NCBI GenBank assembly: GCA_910577955.1
Contig: CAJTNC010000016.1
Coordinates: 6,995 to 70,994, forward strand
Direction: 5' to 3'
From: an uncultured Lachnospiraceae bacterium
GTDB lineage: Bacteria > Bacillota > Clostridia > Lachnospirales > Lachnospiraceae
DNA length: 64,000 nucleotides
The translations under genes and the position numbers were made by a program. The notes beneath the pieces were generated by a model, which had not been told where the DNA came from, searched no databases, and was given only the letters and a program-made list of their open reading frames with translations. Shown here in pieces: positions 62,913-64,000 of this stretch; position 1 is the stretch's first letter, and every line of letters begins with the position of its first letter.

Positions 62913-63823
62913 TAGATGTTTGTTTGCTGGGGACAGGCGGGATGATGCCGCTTCCCTACAGGTGGCTCACTTCGCTGATGGTGCGCTATAACGGTCACAG
63001 TATTTTAATAGATTGCGGGGAGGGGACACAGATTGCCCTGAAAGAGAAGGGGTGGAGCCCGAATCCTATCGACATGATCTGCTTCACTCATTATCATGCT
63101 GATCACATCAGCGGACTGCCGGGGATGCTTTTGACAATGGGGAATGCGGAACGGAAAGATCCGCTGACGTTGGTAGGGCCAAGAGGATTGACCAGAGTGG
63201 TGGGAGCGCTCAGAACGATTGCACCGGAACTGCCCTTTGAGATACGCTGCAGGGAACTTTCGGAAGCGGAGGAAAGTTTTTCGTTTGAGGAACTGGACCT
63301 GCAGGCTTTTCGTGTCAACCATAATGTGGTATGCTATGGGTACAGTATTTCTCTTGACAGGATCGGAAAGTTTCAAGTGGAAAAGGCGAAGGAACTGGGC
63401 ATCGAGATGAAATATTGGAACAGGCTGCAGAAAGGCGAGCGCATCGAGACGGAGAAGGGGATTCTGACGCCGGAGATGGTGCTTGGACCGGCCAGAAAAG
63501 GTCTGAAGCTGACTTACTGCACGGATACGAGGCCGACGGAAAGTATTGTTTCCAATGCTGCCGGTTCAGATCTGTTTATCTGCGAGGGAATGTACGGCGA
63601 AGCGGATAAGCAGGAAAAGGCCAGAGAACACAAGCATATGACTTTTCAGGAGGCAGCGGTGCTTGCAAGGAAAGCGCAGGTCGGACAGCTATGGCTGACA
63701 CATTACAGTCCCTCTTTGACAAGACCTGAGCCTTTTATGGATGAAGTGCGTAAAATATTCCCAAGGGCTTGTGCCGGGAAGGATGGAAAGAGTATGGAAC
63801 TTAGGTTTGATGATGAGGAATAA
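62909..63823 (+). CDS. rnz: Ribonuclease Z (metallo-beta-lactamase fold)
   Basis: 'LLGTGGMMP', 'DCGEGTQ', 'THYHADHISGLPGML' and 'LTHYS'. 304 aa. Confidence 0.85.
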   Translation: MIDVCLLGTGGMMPLPYRWLTSLMVRYNGHSILIDCGEGTQIALKEKGWSPNPIDMICFTHYHADHISGLPGMLLTMGNAERKDPLTLVGPRGLTRVVGALRTIAPELPFEIRCRELSEAEESFSFEELDLQAFRVNHNVVCYGYSISLDRIGKFQVEKAKELGIEMKYWNRLQKGERIETEKGILTPEMVLGPARKGLKLTYCTDTRPTESIVSNAAGSDLFICEGMYGEADKQEKAREHKHMTFQEAAVLARKAQVGQLWLTHYSPSLTRPEPFMDEVRKIFPRACAGKDGKSMELRFDDEE

Positions 63824-63861
63824 TAAAGTGATTACAGGTTGTACCGGAAAGGGGATCGGGG

Positions 63862-64000
63862 ATGAGAAGAGGTCCGAAAACAGCGGCAGTGCTGGCGGTC
63901 ATGTTGATCACAGTGTTTGCGCTATATTACTATCTTGTCAATAAGGTGGAGAGGCAGACGCCGGAGAAGGAGACGACGGCGGTGCAGGATGTGCTGCTTA
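63862..64000 (+). CDS. 5' part of a gene for a membrane-anchored protein (runs off the window)
   Basis: ATG 63862 opens a frame with no stop up to the window end. 'MRRGPKTAAVLAVMLITVFALYYYL' looks like a signal anchor. Only 46 codons are visible. Confidence 0.35.
   Translation, partial: MRRGPKTAAVLAVMLITVFALYYYLVNKVERQTPEKETTAVQDVLL

Overview
This 64-kb window looks like a Clostridia/Lachnospiraceae-type Firmicute; that is inferred from gene content and SD usage, not from any search. Almost all of it is one plus-strand cell-surface glycopolymer super-locus. In order it contains: (i) an AT-rich cassette (1-8066) with a Wzx flippase, a methyltransferase, a GT52-like transferase, two KdsB-like cytidylyltransferases, HMGL-type aldolases and a KdsC-like phosphatase; (ii) an AT-rich accessory islet (8067-21558) with an orphan membrane protein, an Rpn-family nuclease, a small membrane protein plus AbiH, and one stranded sugar aminotransferase gene; the islet also holds a self-contained three-gene operon (13919-21558). 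That operon encodes a 2007-aa cytoplasmic protein with two HATPase_c-like modules and tandem PRTase-like modules, a receiver-only CheY-like protein, and a DUF2971-like protein. It is my best candidate for an undescribed defence or signalling system; (iii) higher-GC genes for pseudaminic acid synthesis (pseB, pseF, pseI, pseG, and a MaoC-acyltransferase fusion), a dlt-like aminoacylation operon preceded by an aspartate-type racemase, an ABC exporter, Gtr-like and Arn-like lipid-linked sugar modules, several SGNH/acyltransferase genes and many uncharacterised polytopic membrane proteins, two of them tandem paralogs; (iv) a housekeeping end with an FMN riboswitch-ribU, tsaE-tsaB-rimI and rnz. Two related long palindromic elements lie in the 33.9-34.4 kb intergenic region. 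I saw no rRNA, tRNA, CRISPR array, integrase or classical IS transposase. All functional calls come from reading motifs by eye; no database search was possible.
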